From positions 4,884-68,883 of the forward strand of contig JBQDFP010000010.1 in assembly GCA_052085365.1 (NCBI GenBank): a stretch of 64,000 nt of DNA. The letters run 5' to 3'. How positions within the stretch are numbered: the first letter of the stretch is position 1; each line of letters opens with the position of its first letter. This document shows positions 9,573 to 17,649 of the stretch, in pieces. The position numbers were made by a program, and so were the translations under genes. Below the pieces are notes generated by a model, which saw only the letters and a program-made list of their open reading frames with translations, was not told where the DNA came from and did not search any database. The stretch is from Canibacter sp. GTDB lineage: Bacteria; Actinomycetota; Actinomycetes; Actinomycetales; Microbacteriaceae.

Positions 9573-11936
9573 TTACCCCTGCTGGAGCAGTCCCCGGGAT
9601 TGTAAAGCATCCACGACTCGTTCGGCTGCATGGCCGTCGTCCCAAGGTTCAAATTTTTCTCGCCAAGCTGCGTATCGTTCTGCGTACTCCCCCGACCAGT
9701 TCGGATTCATATCGGCCGCAACAAACTTTTCGACAAGCTGAGCAAGATCCTCATATATTGTCACGACAGGGCCCGGGGCGTCAGCTTCAAAATCAAACGT
9801 GAAGCCACGTTCGGAGCAACGATAGTGTTCAAAGTCTGGAACGTAGAAAATAAGTGGCAGATGCGCGACTGGCGCATCAAACATCACTGAAGAATAGTCA
9901 GTGATAATGAGATCTGATGCCAGAAAAACGTCGTTAATATCGCCGTGATTACTCACGTCTCTCACCCGGGGATGCACAGCCGTTTGCTGCGCGGCTCGGG
10001 TGTGACCACGCACTAAGACCGTGACCTCGTCGCCGAGCCGGGTCGCAAGCGCCTGCACATCAAGCAACTGGCTTGGGGCAAGGTTCCGCGCTCTCCACGT
10101 GGGCATATAGGTAACAACCATGTGTTTGCGGTCTGTCGGCATCGCAGCCAGGCCCAGCGCACCGCGTGCTGCGCGGATGTGTATCGGATGCCGCTGGTCA
10201 CCGATGACTGCCCGCGCGAGCCGATCGTTTCTCGGGTATCCACTTTCAATAAGGTCGCCGGTAAACGCGTAGTTCGACCTGAATTGCTGGCTCGAATGCG
10301 GGTTCTGTGACAGCATCATGGACCACCGACGGCTTTCCCGGTGAATAGCAATTCTTGTTCGCAGGCTGACATTCGGCCGCCCCAGAGCAAGCTGTTTCAG
10401 CATCGTTCCGTGCCAGGTTTGCAGGACTTGCTGGCCGACCCTTCGCCTAAAACCAAACCTGAGCCAGTCGTTCACTACAAGCAGATGAGCCTGCTTTCGG
10501 GCCGCAAAGTAGTGACGGGACCCAACGAGGACCGCGTGCGCGCCCTCGGGCACCCGGTCTCGCTCACTGGTCACACTCCAATATTGCGGTATTTCCGGAG
10601 AACGGGCCGAGATTTCCTGTGAGATCGCGAGCGGATTACACGCCACCTGTTTGCCGTAAAAACTTTCAAAGAACACAGCGGCCGGAGGCACGAGATCAGC
10701 GTAGGGAACGGTTAACTCTCGCACTGCCTCGAGAACTCTACTGGCAGAGTGCCCATCGCTCAAAGTGTGAAAGCGTTGTTTCAATTGTTGTGTCGCGATG
10801 ACCGCGCTTCTGCGCGAAGTTTCATGATCGTACATATCGTCAAGCCGGGTAATGACGTCGTCCCATCGCTGATCCACCCGACCATGCGCGGTCACTTCGA
10901 GTGGTTCATACATCCCACGAGAGTCCCGATACTGTTCAAGGTCGGGAGCGAACCAGACGACCGGTCGATCCGTGAGGGCGAAGTCAATTGCGGCAGAAGA
11001 GTAGTCGGTAATAATGGTGTCAAAGGCGGCAAGGTACGGCGTCAGGTCACGTTCGTCAGTAAACATGTATATCTTGTCGGACCGTAACGCGTCCCAATCG
11101 CCGACGCTCAACGGATGCGGACGAAGAAACAGCACGGCATCGCGTTGGCGAAGAAATTCTTGCAGCCGCGCAAGCTCTTGCTCGGTCGGAATTCCCGGAT
11201 CCGACTCACCGTCACGCCACGTTGGCGCATACAGCAGTATGGGTCCTCGATGCTCCTGCACGCCAGCGCTCGCGAGTACTTGTCGACGAATGTCGCTGCT
11301 CGCTTCGTGGTCGTTGATCGTTCGAATCAGTTCATCGTCTCGCGGGTCACCTAATGTGAGAACTTTGCCGGGTTGAACACGAAAAGCCGAGCGTAACCGT
11401 TCGGCGCTGGTGGGGCTTCCAGCAACAAATAGAGACACACGCTTCGCACCTGACTGATACATGCGTTGCATAAGTGGCCGCAGGAAGGCCGGTCCTGATA
11501 TTCGCGTGGTCACCGGTGAATCGAAATGCAGTCTTTTCAGCGGCGCCCCATGCCACAGTTGCACCACCGTGCCGCCGAAGATACCGTACCGGTTCACGTC
11601 ACCGAGTCCGTGTGTGACGATCAAGAATTTCGCAGTGAGCGTGGCCCACAGCCCTGACCAACTGCTTCTGTCTATCGCGGTGAATCCGTGATCACGAGCC
11701 GATGCTTGCTCTTTCTCCGTCACACACAGCCAAATAATGTCAGCGTCTTGATCGCTACGCTGCAGTTCTAGCGCAACCGCTAGCGAGCCCTCCGCGACAC
11801 CGGAACCGCTACCGAACACCCACTTCGTGGCCTTTCTCGGCACGAACCAAGACAGCAGCCAGCCCATGACATAGAGCGGTATCGCAAGCAGTTTTGCTGC
11901 GTTTCCGCGTTGGAATTGAAACTTGTGCTCGGTCAC
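9573..11936 (-). CDS. Tandem (two-module) CDP-glycerol glycerophosphotransferase family protein
   Basis: 787 aa with an N-terminal TM (LLAIPLYVMGWLLSWFV). TagF hallmarks occur twice: LLYAPTWRDG plus IITDYSSAAIDF, and VTYMPTWRARN plus IITDYSSVMFD. Confidence 0.85.
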   Translation of the reverse strand: MTEHKFQFQRGNAAKLLAIPLYVMGWLLSWFVPRKATKWVFGSGSGVAEGSLAVALELQRSDQDADIIWLCVTEKEQASARDHGFTAIDRSSWSGLWATLTAKFLIVTHGLGDVNRYGIFGGTVVQLWHGAPLKRLHFDSPVTTRISGPAFLRPLMQRMYQSGAKRVSLFVAGSPTSAERLRSAFRVQPGKVLTLGDPRDDELIRTINDHEASSDIRRQVLASAGVQEHRGPILLYAPTWRDGESDPGIPTEQELARLQEFLRQRDAVLFLRPHPLSVGDWDALRSDKIYMFTDERDLTPYLAAFDTIITDYSSAAIDFALTDRPVVWFAPDLEQYRDSRGMYEPLEVTAHGRVDQRWDDVITRLDDMYDHETSRRSAVIATQQLKQRFHTLSDGHSASRVLEAVRELTVPYADLVPPAAVFFESFYGKQVACNPLAISQEISARSPEIPQYWSVTSERDRVPEGAHAVLVGSRHYFAARKQAHLLVVNDWLRFGFRRRVGQQVLQTWHGTMLKQLALGRPNVSLRTRIAIHRESRRWSMMLSQNPHSSQQFRSNYAFTGDLIESGYPRNDRLARAVIGDQRHPIHIRAARGALGLAAMPTDRKHMVVTYMPTWRARNLAPSQLLDVQALATRLGDEVTVLVRGHTRAAQQTAVHPRVRDVSNHGDINDVFLASDLIITDYSSVMFDAPVAHLPLIFYVPDFEHYRCSERGFTFDFEADAPGPVVTIYEDLAQLVEKFVAADMNPNWSGEYAERYAAWREKFEPWDDGHAAERVVDALQSRGLLQQG

Positions 11937-11953
11937 GGGCCTACTTTAGCGCG

Positions 11954-11988
11954 ATGCCCGTGCAGACTCCTGAAAGCTGCACGGGCAT
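11954..11988 (-). terminator. Perfect 12-bp stem-loop downstream of the htrA-like gene
   Basis: ATGCCCGTGCAG (11954-11965) pairs with CTGCACGGGCAT (11977-11988) across an 11-nt loop. It lies 32 nt after the htrA-like stop on the minus strand. There is no U-tract. Confidence 0.45.
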
Positions 11989-12019
11989 TGAATTGCTCTG
12001 TACTAAATCCGTGGGAGAG

Positions 12020-13720
12020 TTATTGTTCGAGTGTGTCGAGTGTGATGTCTACGGTCTGTGTTTTCCCGTCTCGGTTGTAACTAATCTCCACGTCACTTCC
12101 GCCTTCGTGCATGCGTATGAGGGCTGATACTGAGGTTCCATCAGCGGCACCGACGCCATCAATTGCGGTAATGACGTCACCCTTCTTGAGACCGGCCTTT
12201 TCTGCGGGACTGTTTGGCTGGACCTCTGCGATCATCCCTCCGGCATGGCTTGCTTCAGCGTTTGAAGACGCGTCGCCCACTGATGCGCCAAGTAGCCCGT
12301 GGGAAGGCGTTTCTCCTGCAATCAAGTCATCGGCAACACGTTTTACGAGGTTGGACGGAATCGCAAATCCGAGGCCAACCGAACCCGCGGTTTCTTGTGT
12401 CCCAGTTGATGCAATGGCCACGTTAATTCCGATCAGGTCGCCGTCGCCGTTGAGCAATGCACCACCCGAGTTGCCCGGATTGATGGATGCATCGGTTTGC
12501 AGCACGGGCAGGGTCACCTGCCCACCGGTTGATTGCTGCGGCTGCTGCGGCTGCTCCGGTTCCTGTCCGTCATCCGGGGTTTGGAAGTCCCATGGGAATC
12601 TGAAAGGTGAATCTTCGTCAGGCTGGTCGTCTCCGCCTTCGTCATCAGGTACCTGTGCACTCCCAACCGTAATACCGCGATTCGTTGCGCTAATAACACC
12701 GCTTGTGACGGTGCTCGACAGGTTCAAAGGTGCACCAATAGCAACGGTCAAATCACCCACATTGACGGAGCTTGAGTCAGCAAGGTCAATCGTTGGCAAG
12801 TCTTCGCCATCAACTTTCACAACCGCAAGGTCAGCATACGGATCAACACCCACAACTTTCGCGTTCAGAATCTGCCCGTCGCTCATGCGCGCGCGAATAG
12901 TGGGGTCATTGCCCGCAGCGCCTTCCAGGGTGACGACGTGAGCATTCGTGATGATGTACCCGTCTTTGCTATAGATCACACCCGACCCTGACCCTTGCCC
13001 GCTGCTTCCGGCCACCTCGAGCGTAACGACGCTCGGAGTTCGTGCTTGCGCGATGGCTGAAACTGCGGTCGCGGTTTCTGTATTTTTGAGTTCAATTTGC
13101 CCGCTTTGCGATGAGGTTGCGCTGACAGAATCATTGTCGCTGTTTGCGAGCACGAGTGCCGCTGAGCCTCCGCCGACGAGTCCGCCAATTAATGCGCCAA
13201 TAGCGAGACCGCCGAGAAGCACACCAGTTTTACCCGATTTCTTCTTGTCGGGCTGCTCGCCCGAGGACGAAAGGTTGTGGTGCGGGCCCTCTGGCCCGGC
13301 TGGCCCCTGCGGGCCGGCTACTCCGTGTTGCTGCGGCGTATAGTTCGGGATGGATCCACCCTGAGCCGGATGTTGTGGGTATTGCGCAGTGGGCTGTTCA
13401 TTCGCTGGATGTACCGGCGGTGCATACTGAGGTGGTTGTGACCGTCGATACTGCGGGTCCTGCTCGAACGGCGGGTTCTGTTGCTCCCGAGCTTGCCGTG
13501 TCATATTTTGTGCAACTTGGCCAGGACTCATCTGCTCGTCAGGAGTGCGACTCCCCCAACCCTGCGGTGGTTGAGAGTAGCGTGGCTGCGGTGCCTGCTG
13601 TTCTGGGCTGCCGAGATCTGACTGTTCGGAGTGTGCTCGTTGCGGTCTGTTCGCGTCAGCGCTCTGCCCATTGCGCGTCTGGTCTTGTGCGTCGTTACCC
13701 GACCCAAACGAATTACTCAT
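12020..13720 (-). CDS. HtrA-family (S1C) trypsin-like serine protease with PDZ domain
   Basis: Catalytic triad contexts are ITNAHVV, YADLAVVKV and NPGNSGGAL. There is a C-terminal PDZ (GLKKGDVITAIDG) and one TM (GVLLGGLAIGALIGGLVGGGSAALVLA) after a P/Q-rich N-terminus of about 165 aa. AAAGGA lies upstream of the ATG at 13720. Confidence 0.9.
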   Translation of the reverse strand: MSNSFGSGNDAQDQTRNGQSADANRPQRAHSEQSDLGSPEQQAPQPRYSQPPQGWGSRTPDEQMSPGQVAQNMTRQAREQQNPPFEQDPQYRRSQPPQYAPPVHPANEQPTAQYPQHPAQGGSIPNYTPQQHGVAGPQGPAGPEGPHHNLSSSGEQPDKKKSGKTGVLLGGLAIGALIGGLVGGGSAALVLANSDNDSVSATSSQSGQIELKNTETATAVSAIAQARTPSVVTLEVAGSSGQGSGSGVIYSKDGYIITNAHVVTLEGAAGNDPTIRARMSDGQILNAKVVGVDPYADLAVVKVDGEDLPTIDLADSSSVNVGDLTVAIGAPLNLSSTVTSGVISATNRGITVGSAQVPDDEGGDDQPDEDSPFRFPWDFQTPDDGQEPEQPQQPQQSTGGQVTLPVLQTDASINPGNSGGALLNGDGDLIGINVAIASTGTQETAGSVGLGFAIPSNLVKRVADDLIAGETPSHGLLGASVGDASSNAEASHAGGMIAEVQPNSPAEKAGLKKGDVITAIDGVGAADGTSVSALIRMHEGGSDVEISYNRDGKTQTVDITLDTLEQ

Positions 13721-13860
13721 GATCGTCCTTTGCTAGGTTTTTGATCTGTTGCAACGATCTTGTCGTGAAAGTCTATGAATAACTTAAGGATGAACTGAAT
13801 TCATACCCAATATTTCGAACTCTATGAGACGTAGATGTGGGTCCACACAACTGGGCTGAT

Positions 13861-13889
13861 TTGCACCAGCCTGCAGTCACTGGTAATGT
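13861..13889 (+). promoter_or_regulatory. Candidate sigma-70-type promoter for the initiator tRNA
   Basis: TTGCAC (13861-13866), a 17-nt spacer, then TAATGT (13884-13889). The -10 element ends 12 nt before the tRNA 5' end, in an AT-rich intergenic region. Confidence 0.45.
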
Positions 13890-13901
13890 GATCTTTTGTG
13901 C

Positions 13902-13978
13902 CGCGGGGTGGAGCAGTTCGGTAGCTCGCCGGGCTCATAACCCGGAGGTCGTAGGTTCAAATCCTGCCCCCGCAACCA
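13902..13978 (+). tRNA. Initiator tRNA-fMet (anticodon CAT)
   Basis: The sequence CGCGGGGTGGAGCAGTTCGGTAGCTCGCCGGGCTCATAACCCGGAGGTCGTAGGTTCAAATCCTGCCCCCGCAACCA is nearly identical to the canonical bacterial tRNA-fMet. It has the C1:A72 mismatch, three G-C pairs closing the anticodon stem, and an encoded CCA. Confidence 0.97.
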
Positions 13979-13981
13979 GAA

Positions 13982-14021
13982 AATGGCTCCTGATCAGGTA
14001 TTTACTTGATCAGGAGCCATT
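13982..14021 (+). terminator. 15-bp stem-loop immediately after the tRNA
   Basis: AATGGCTCCTGATCA (13982-13996) pairs perfectly with TGATCAGGAGCCATT (14007-14021) across a 10-nt loop. Only a weak T-run follows. Confidence 0.6.
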
Positions 14022-14376
14022 GCACTTTCTACGAGGTTGCAGTGTGAGCCCGGAACAACCCCATATTCAGCACAATGGGCGGTTCGCTCTAGACGCTAAC
14101 CTGTCGTCAACTGCCGAGTGGAATCGAGTGCTACAATCGTTTCCCCACCCGCATAATCAGTGAACAACCGCCTCTGAAGTACTATTCGTCCACGCCATAT
14201 CGAAATACCAGATACGCCCGTCGTGGACACGCAACGGCATGTATCTGCGCTAGCGCAGTCTCTTATCCACGCAGCTCGATCTTGGTGCAGTTCAGAGAGA
14301 TGTATGGCGCCGTCTCAAACCGTCAGAATTTGAGCTTGGTTGCAATAGGCCATCGCGAGAGGCAACAACGGCCGGT

Positions 14377-14414
14377 GAGAGTGGGCAACCTTGTTTCCAA
14401 GATCGCCCACTCTC
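14377..14414 (-). terminator. 10-bp stem-loop downstream of the UPF0182 gene
   Basis: GAGAGTGGGC (14377-14386) pairs with GCCCACTCTC (14405-14414). It starts 33 nt after the UPF0182 stop on the minus strand. There is no clear U-tract. Confidence 0.4.
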
Positions 14415-14446
14415 GTGTGCTAAAAGTGCCGCGACACTTGTGGTGT

Positions 14447-17400
14447 TTAGCCTTCAGCACCCAGTGCTTGTTCGAGCGCCGCTTTGAGACGCTCGTCGGC
14501 TTCACCGTATTTCTCCCAGTCACCGGCTTTCATTGCCGCTTCACGGTCCTGAATAGCCTGCTGCATATCAGCAAGTGCGTCAGCTACCGATCCACTTGGT
14601 GTGGACGTATCGCTTGATTCGTCAGTAGTGTCACCCGAATCAGTCTCGTCCGAACTGGAGCCCGTGTCTGAACCACTAGAGCTGCTGGTATCCTCACCTG
14701 CGGCTGGGACTCCGGTATCACCGGCGGCTGCCCCTGAGTCTCCGCCAAAGAGAGTGTCTAGGGCGTCATCAAGGGTGTCTTCGAATGCGATCTTGTCACC
14801 GAACGACACAAGGACCTTCTGCAAGAGCGGGAAACCTCGACCAGTGGAACCCTTCACATACACAGGCTGGACGTACAGGAGACCCGCACCTACGGGCAGC
14901 GTCAACAGGTTTCCACTAATCACTTGGGTCTCGCCTTGCCTCAGCAAGTTGAGGACACGAGAGACTTCAGGGTCAGTATTGAAACTGTTTTGCACCTGGC
15001 CGGGGCCCGGAATGGTGTCGCCCTTTGGCAGTACGAGAAGCTGTAGATTGCCGTAGTTCTCGTTCACTTTTCCGTCTTCGCCCGTGCCGGCGTTTGCGTT
15101 CGCAGCGAGGTAGCCCGTCAGAATATCTCGCGCGCCCTCACCTCTCTGGTCAGGAATGTAGGTGGAATAGATTGAGAAGTCTGGTTCCACGTCCTCTCCG
15201 GCCGAAAGCGTCAGATAATACGGCGGCTGAGCAGGCGCATTAGCCTGCTGTGCAGGAACCGCGCTCTGAGCTTGCTGCTGTGACTGTTCTTCACTCGTTG
15301 CCTGCGACGTCGTGTTTGATGCTGCTCGAGATGAAACCGGATCATCCGGGGTACGCCAAGCATCCTCACCCGAATAGAACGCGCCAGCGTCGGTGACGTG
15401 GTATTCACCGAGAAGTTCACGTTGAATCTTAAACAAGTCATTCGGGTAACGTACGTGACTGAGCAGATCAGCACTCATGTCCGACTGCGATTTGAGTGCT
15501 CCTGGGAAGATGTTCGACCAGGCATTCAGAACGGGATCCTCGTCATCCCAAGCGTAGAGCGTCACCGAACCGTCATATGCATCGACGGTTGCTTTCACCG
15601 AGTTACGAATGTAGTTCACTGGATTCGCCAAGGAGTCTGTCCGGGGGTTATCCGCGTCAACCAGGAGTGAATTCATGTCACTCATGCGCGAGTACGGGTA
15701 GTTGCTCGACGTCGTGTACCCATCCAGGATCCATTTCACACGACCATCAACAACAGACGCATACGGCTGCGAATCGATCGTCAAGTAGGGTGCAACCTTT
15801 TGGAGACGATCAACTGGGTCACGGTCATACAGGATCTGTGAACCATCGACGACAGCGCCAGACAGGAGTACTTCCATGTCCTGGAATTTCAGTGCGTAGA
15901 TAAGTTTCTCGAACAAACCATGAAGTACTGGTCCACCGTCTCCGTTGAACGAAGTAAGGTTTTGGCGTTCACCATCGTTCTCTTCAGTGGCATCAGTATC
16001 GGCTTCACCTTCAAGCACCTGCTTGTCGTTAGTTTTGCTCCCGCCTTCGGCTTCAGCTTCAGCGTTTGATTGCGCATCTGCAGGGAAGTCAACTTCAATG
16101 GGTCGCTCTCGTTCGCCGCCCACAATCGAGTAGTCTGGCGAATTTTGACCAAAGTAAATACGTGGTTCAAATTCGCCGAGCTTACCGCTTGTTGGAATAC
16201 CGTTCTCCATGAACACCGGCTCGCCACCAGGCGAGCGCTGGTTGCCATACGCCGCCACAAGACCATAGCCGTGCGTGTACACGAGCGTCTGGTTGTACCA
16301 ACCGTTTTGAGCTGAAATATCGATTTCACGTGGTGCAGTAACCGCGTCTTCAACCTGCCCGTCAATGTTATAACGATCAACACTGAGTGATTTTGAGAAC
16401 GTGTAATACTGTTTGCTCTGTTCAAGCTGTGCAAACGTTGGCGAAACAATTGCGGGGTCCATTAAACGAATGTTTGCTGTTGCTACCGCGTCATCACGTA
16501 GCGCCCCTGATTCGGCGTTGGTCTGCGCGTCATAGCTGTCAACTTGAACGTCGCCGATTCCATACGCGTCTCGAGTAGCTGCAATATTTCGATCGAGATA
16601 TTCAGCCTCAAGGCTCTTCTCATCAGGTGAAACCTTGAACTGTTGAATTGCCCACGGATAGCCCGCACCGAGCACCAGAGCAGAAACAATAAAGAGAGCG
16701 GTGCCTACCAGCGGCAGACGCCAACGACCGGTGAACATTGTGATGCCGAACAGGATTGCAACGACGATCGCAATGCCCGCAAGAATCTGCTTACCCGGGA
16801 TGGTCGCATGTACATCGGTGTATGCCGCACCAGTGAGGAGGCCCTGTGAATCGTTCAACGTCGCGTACTGGTCCATCCAGAAACTGACGCCCTGAAGAAG
16901 TAGGTAAACCAGCGCAAGAACTGCAACCTGCACCCGAGTGGCTTTGGAGATTCTAAAGTCACGGTCGGTAAACGATATTCCGCCATACAGGTAGCTAGTC
17001 GCAGCTCCCAGAATCAGGCTGATAAGGATTACGGCAGAAGCAAACGCGAGTACGCCACGGATCAGCGGAACCGTAAAGAGGTAGAACGAAAGGTCGAGAC
17101 CAAACTGAGCATCAGTTGTTCCGGCCGGCTCGTGGTTCACCCAGAGCAACACCTGCTGCCATTGCGCACCAGCAGCGATTCCGCCGGCAATACCGAACAC
17201 CGCAGGCAGTGCCCATTTGATCACACGACGCAGTGGCTCAACCAGGTCCTGGTAGCGATCAAGCTGCGATGTGATGCGGGCATATACGGGCCGTTTACGA
17301 TAAGCGATATCAATGCTTAAAAAAACGGGTACGGACATGCCGATATACCCGATGACAAACATGACAATCGCGGCAATCCACTGAGTGAGATAGACCTCAA

Positions 17401-17581
17401 AAAATCCGACTTGCCGGAACCAGAGGACGTCCGTCATGACTGCTGCAACACCTAAAAAGGCGATGATCAGCACGACGACAAGTGCAATAGTTATAACAAG
17501 TGGCGAGAGTTTACGGCGGTTTTGCGCGGGAGCGGGCTGGTCGGTCAAATTAGCCTTCCTGGTCCTAGATGACAGTGCCAC
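14447..17581 (-). CDS. UPF0182 family large membrane protein
   Basis: 1044 aa. The N-terminus has about 7 TM helices and begins ...VMTDVLWFRQVGFFEVYLTQW, followed by a large extracytoplasmic region. This architecture is typical of actinobacterial UPF0182 (COG1615). The C-terminal tail is acidic and Ser/Thr-rich. Confidence 0.85.
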   Translation of the reverse strand: MALSSRTRKANLTDQPAPAQNRRKLSPLVITIALVVVLIIAFLGVAAVMTDVLWFRQVGFFEVYLTQWIAAIVMFVIGYIGMSVPVFLSIDIAYRKRPVYARITSQLDRYQDLVEPLRRVIKWALPAVFGIAGGIAAGAQWQQVLLWVNHEPAGTTDAQFGLDLSFYLFTVPLIRGVLAFASAVILISLILGAATSYLYGGISFTDRDFRISKATRVQVAVLALVYLLLQGVSFWMDQYATLNDSQGLLTGAAYTDVHATIPGKQILAGIAIVVAILFGITMFTGRWRLPLVGTALFIVSALVLGAGYPWAIQQFKVSPDEKSLEAEYLDRNIAATRDAYGIGDVQVDSYDAQTNAESGALRDDAVATANIRLMDPAIVSPTFAQLEQSKQYYTFSKSLSVDRYNIDGQVEDAVTAPREIDISAQNGWYNQTLVYTHGYGLVAAYGNQRSPGGEPVFMENGIPTSGKLGEFEPRIYFGQNSPDYSIVGGERERPIEVDFPADAQSNAEAEAEGGSKTNDKQVLEGEADTDATEENDGERQNLTSFNGDGGPVLHGLFEKLIYALKFQDMEVLLSGAVVDGSQILYDRDPVDRLQKVAPYLTIDSQPYASVVDGRVKWILDGYTTSSNYPYSRMSDMNSLLVDADNPRTDSLANPVNYIRNSVKATVDAYDGSVTLYAWDDEDPVLNAWSNIFPGALKSQSDMSADLLSHVRYPNDLFKIQRELLGEYHVTDAGAFYSGEDAWRTPDDPVSSRAASNTTSQATSEEQSQQQAQSAVPAQQANAPAQPPYYLTLSAGEDVEPDFSIYSTYIPDQRGEGARDILTGYLAANANAGTGEDGKVNENYGNLQLLVLPKGDTIPGPGQVQNSFNTDPEVSRVLNLLRQGETQVISGNLLTLPVGAGLLYVQPVYVKGSTGRGFPLLQKVLVSFGDKIAFEDTLDDALDTLFGGDSGAAAGDTGVPAAGEDTSSSSGSDTGSSSDETDSGDTTDESSDTSTPSGSVADALADMQQAIQDREAAMKAGDWEKYGEADERLKAALEQALGAEG

Positions 17582-17649
17582 CCATCTTACCGATTATCAG
17601 CTCCTATTCACCTGGGTGTCAGGATCCACACACTGTCTATTTATTGAAT

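Noticed and set aside
12111-12941. 276-aa ORF antisense to the htrA-like gene
   Set aside because: It has the S/P/A/T-rich composition typical of antisense frames of GC-rich coding DNA. The sense strand carries an intact catalytic triad and PDZ domain.
13837-14163. 108-aa ORF spanning the tRNA-fMet gene
   Set aside because: It reads straight through a canonical tRNA and its terminator hairpin, so it is not a protein gene.
13979-14446. Possible integrated element or att-site remnant beside the tRNA
   Set aside because: There is no integrase, transposase or phage-like ORF, and by eye I could not find a direct repeat of the tRNA 3' end. I kept it only as a 'non-coding stretch' finding.
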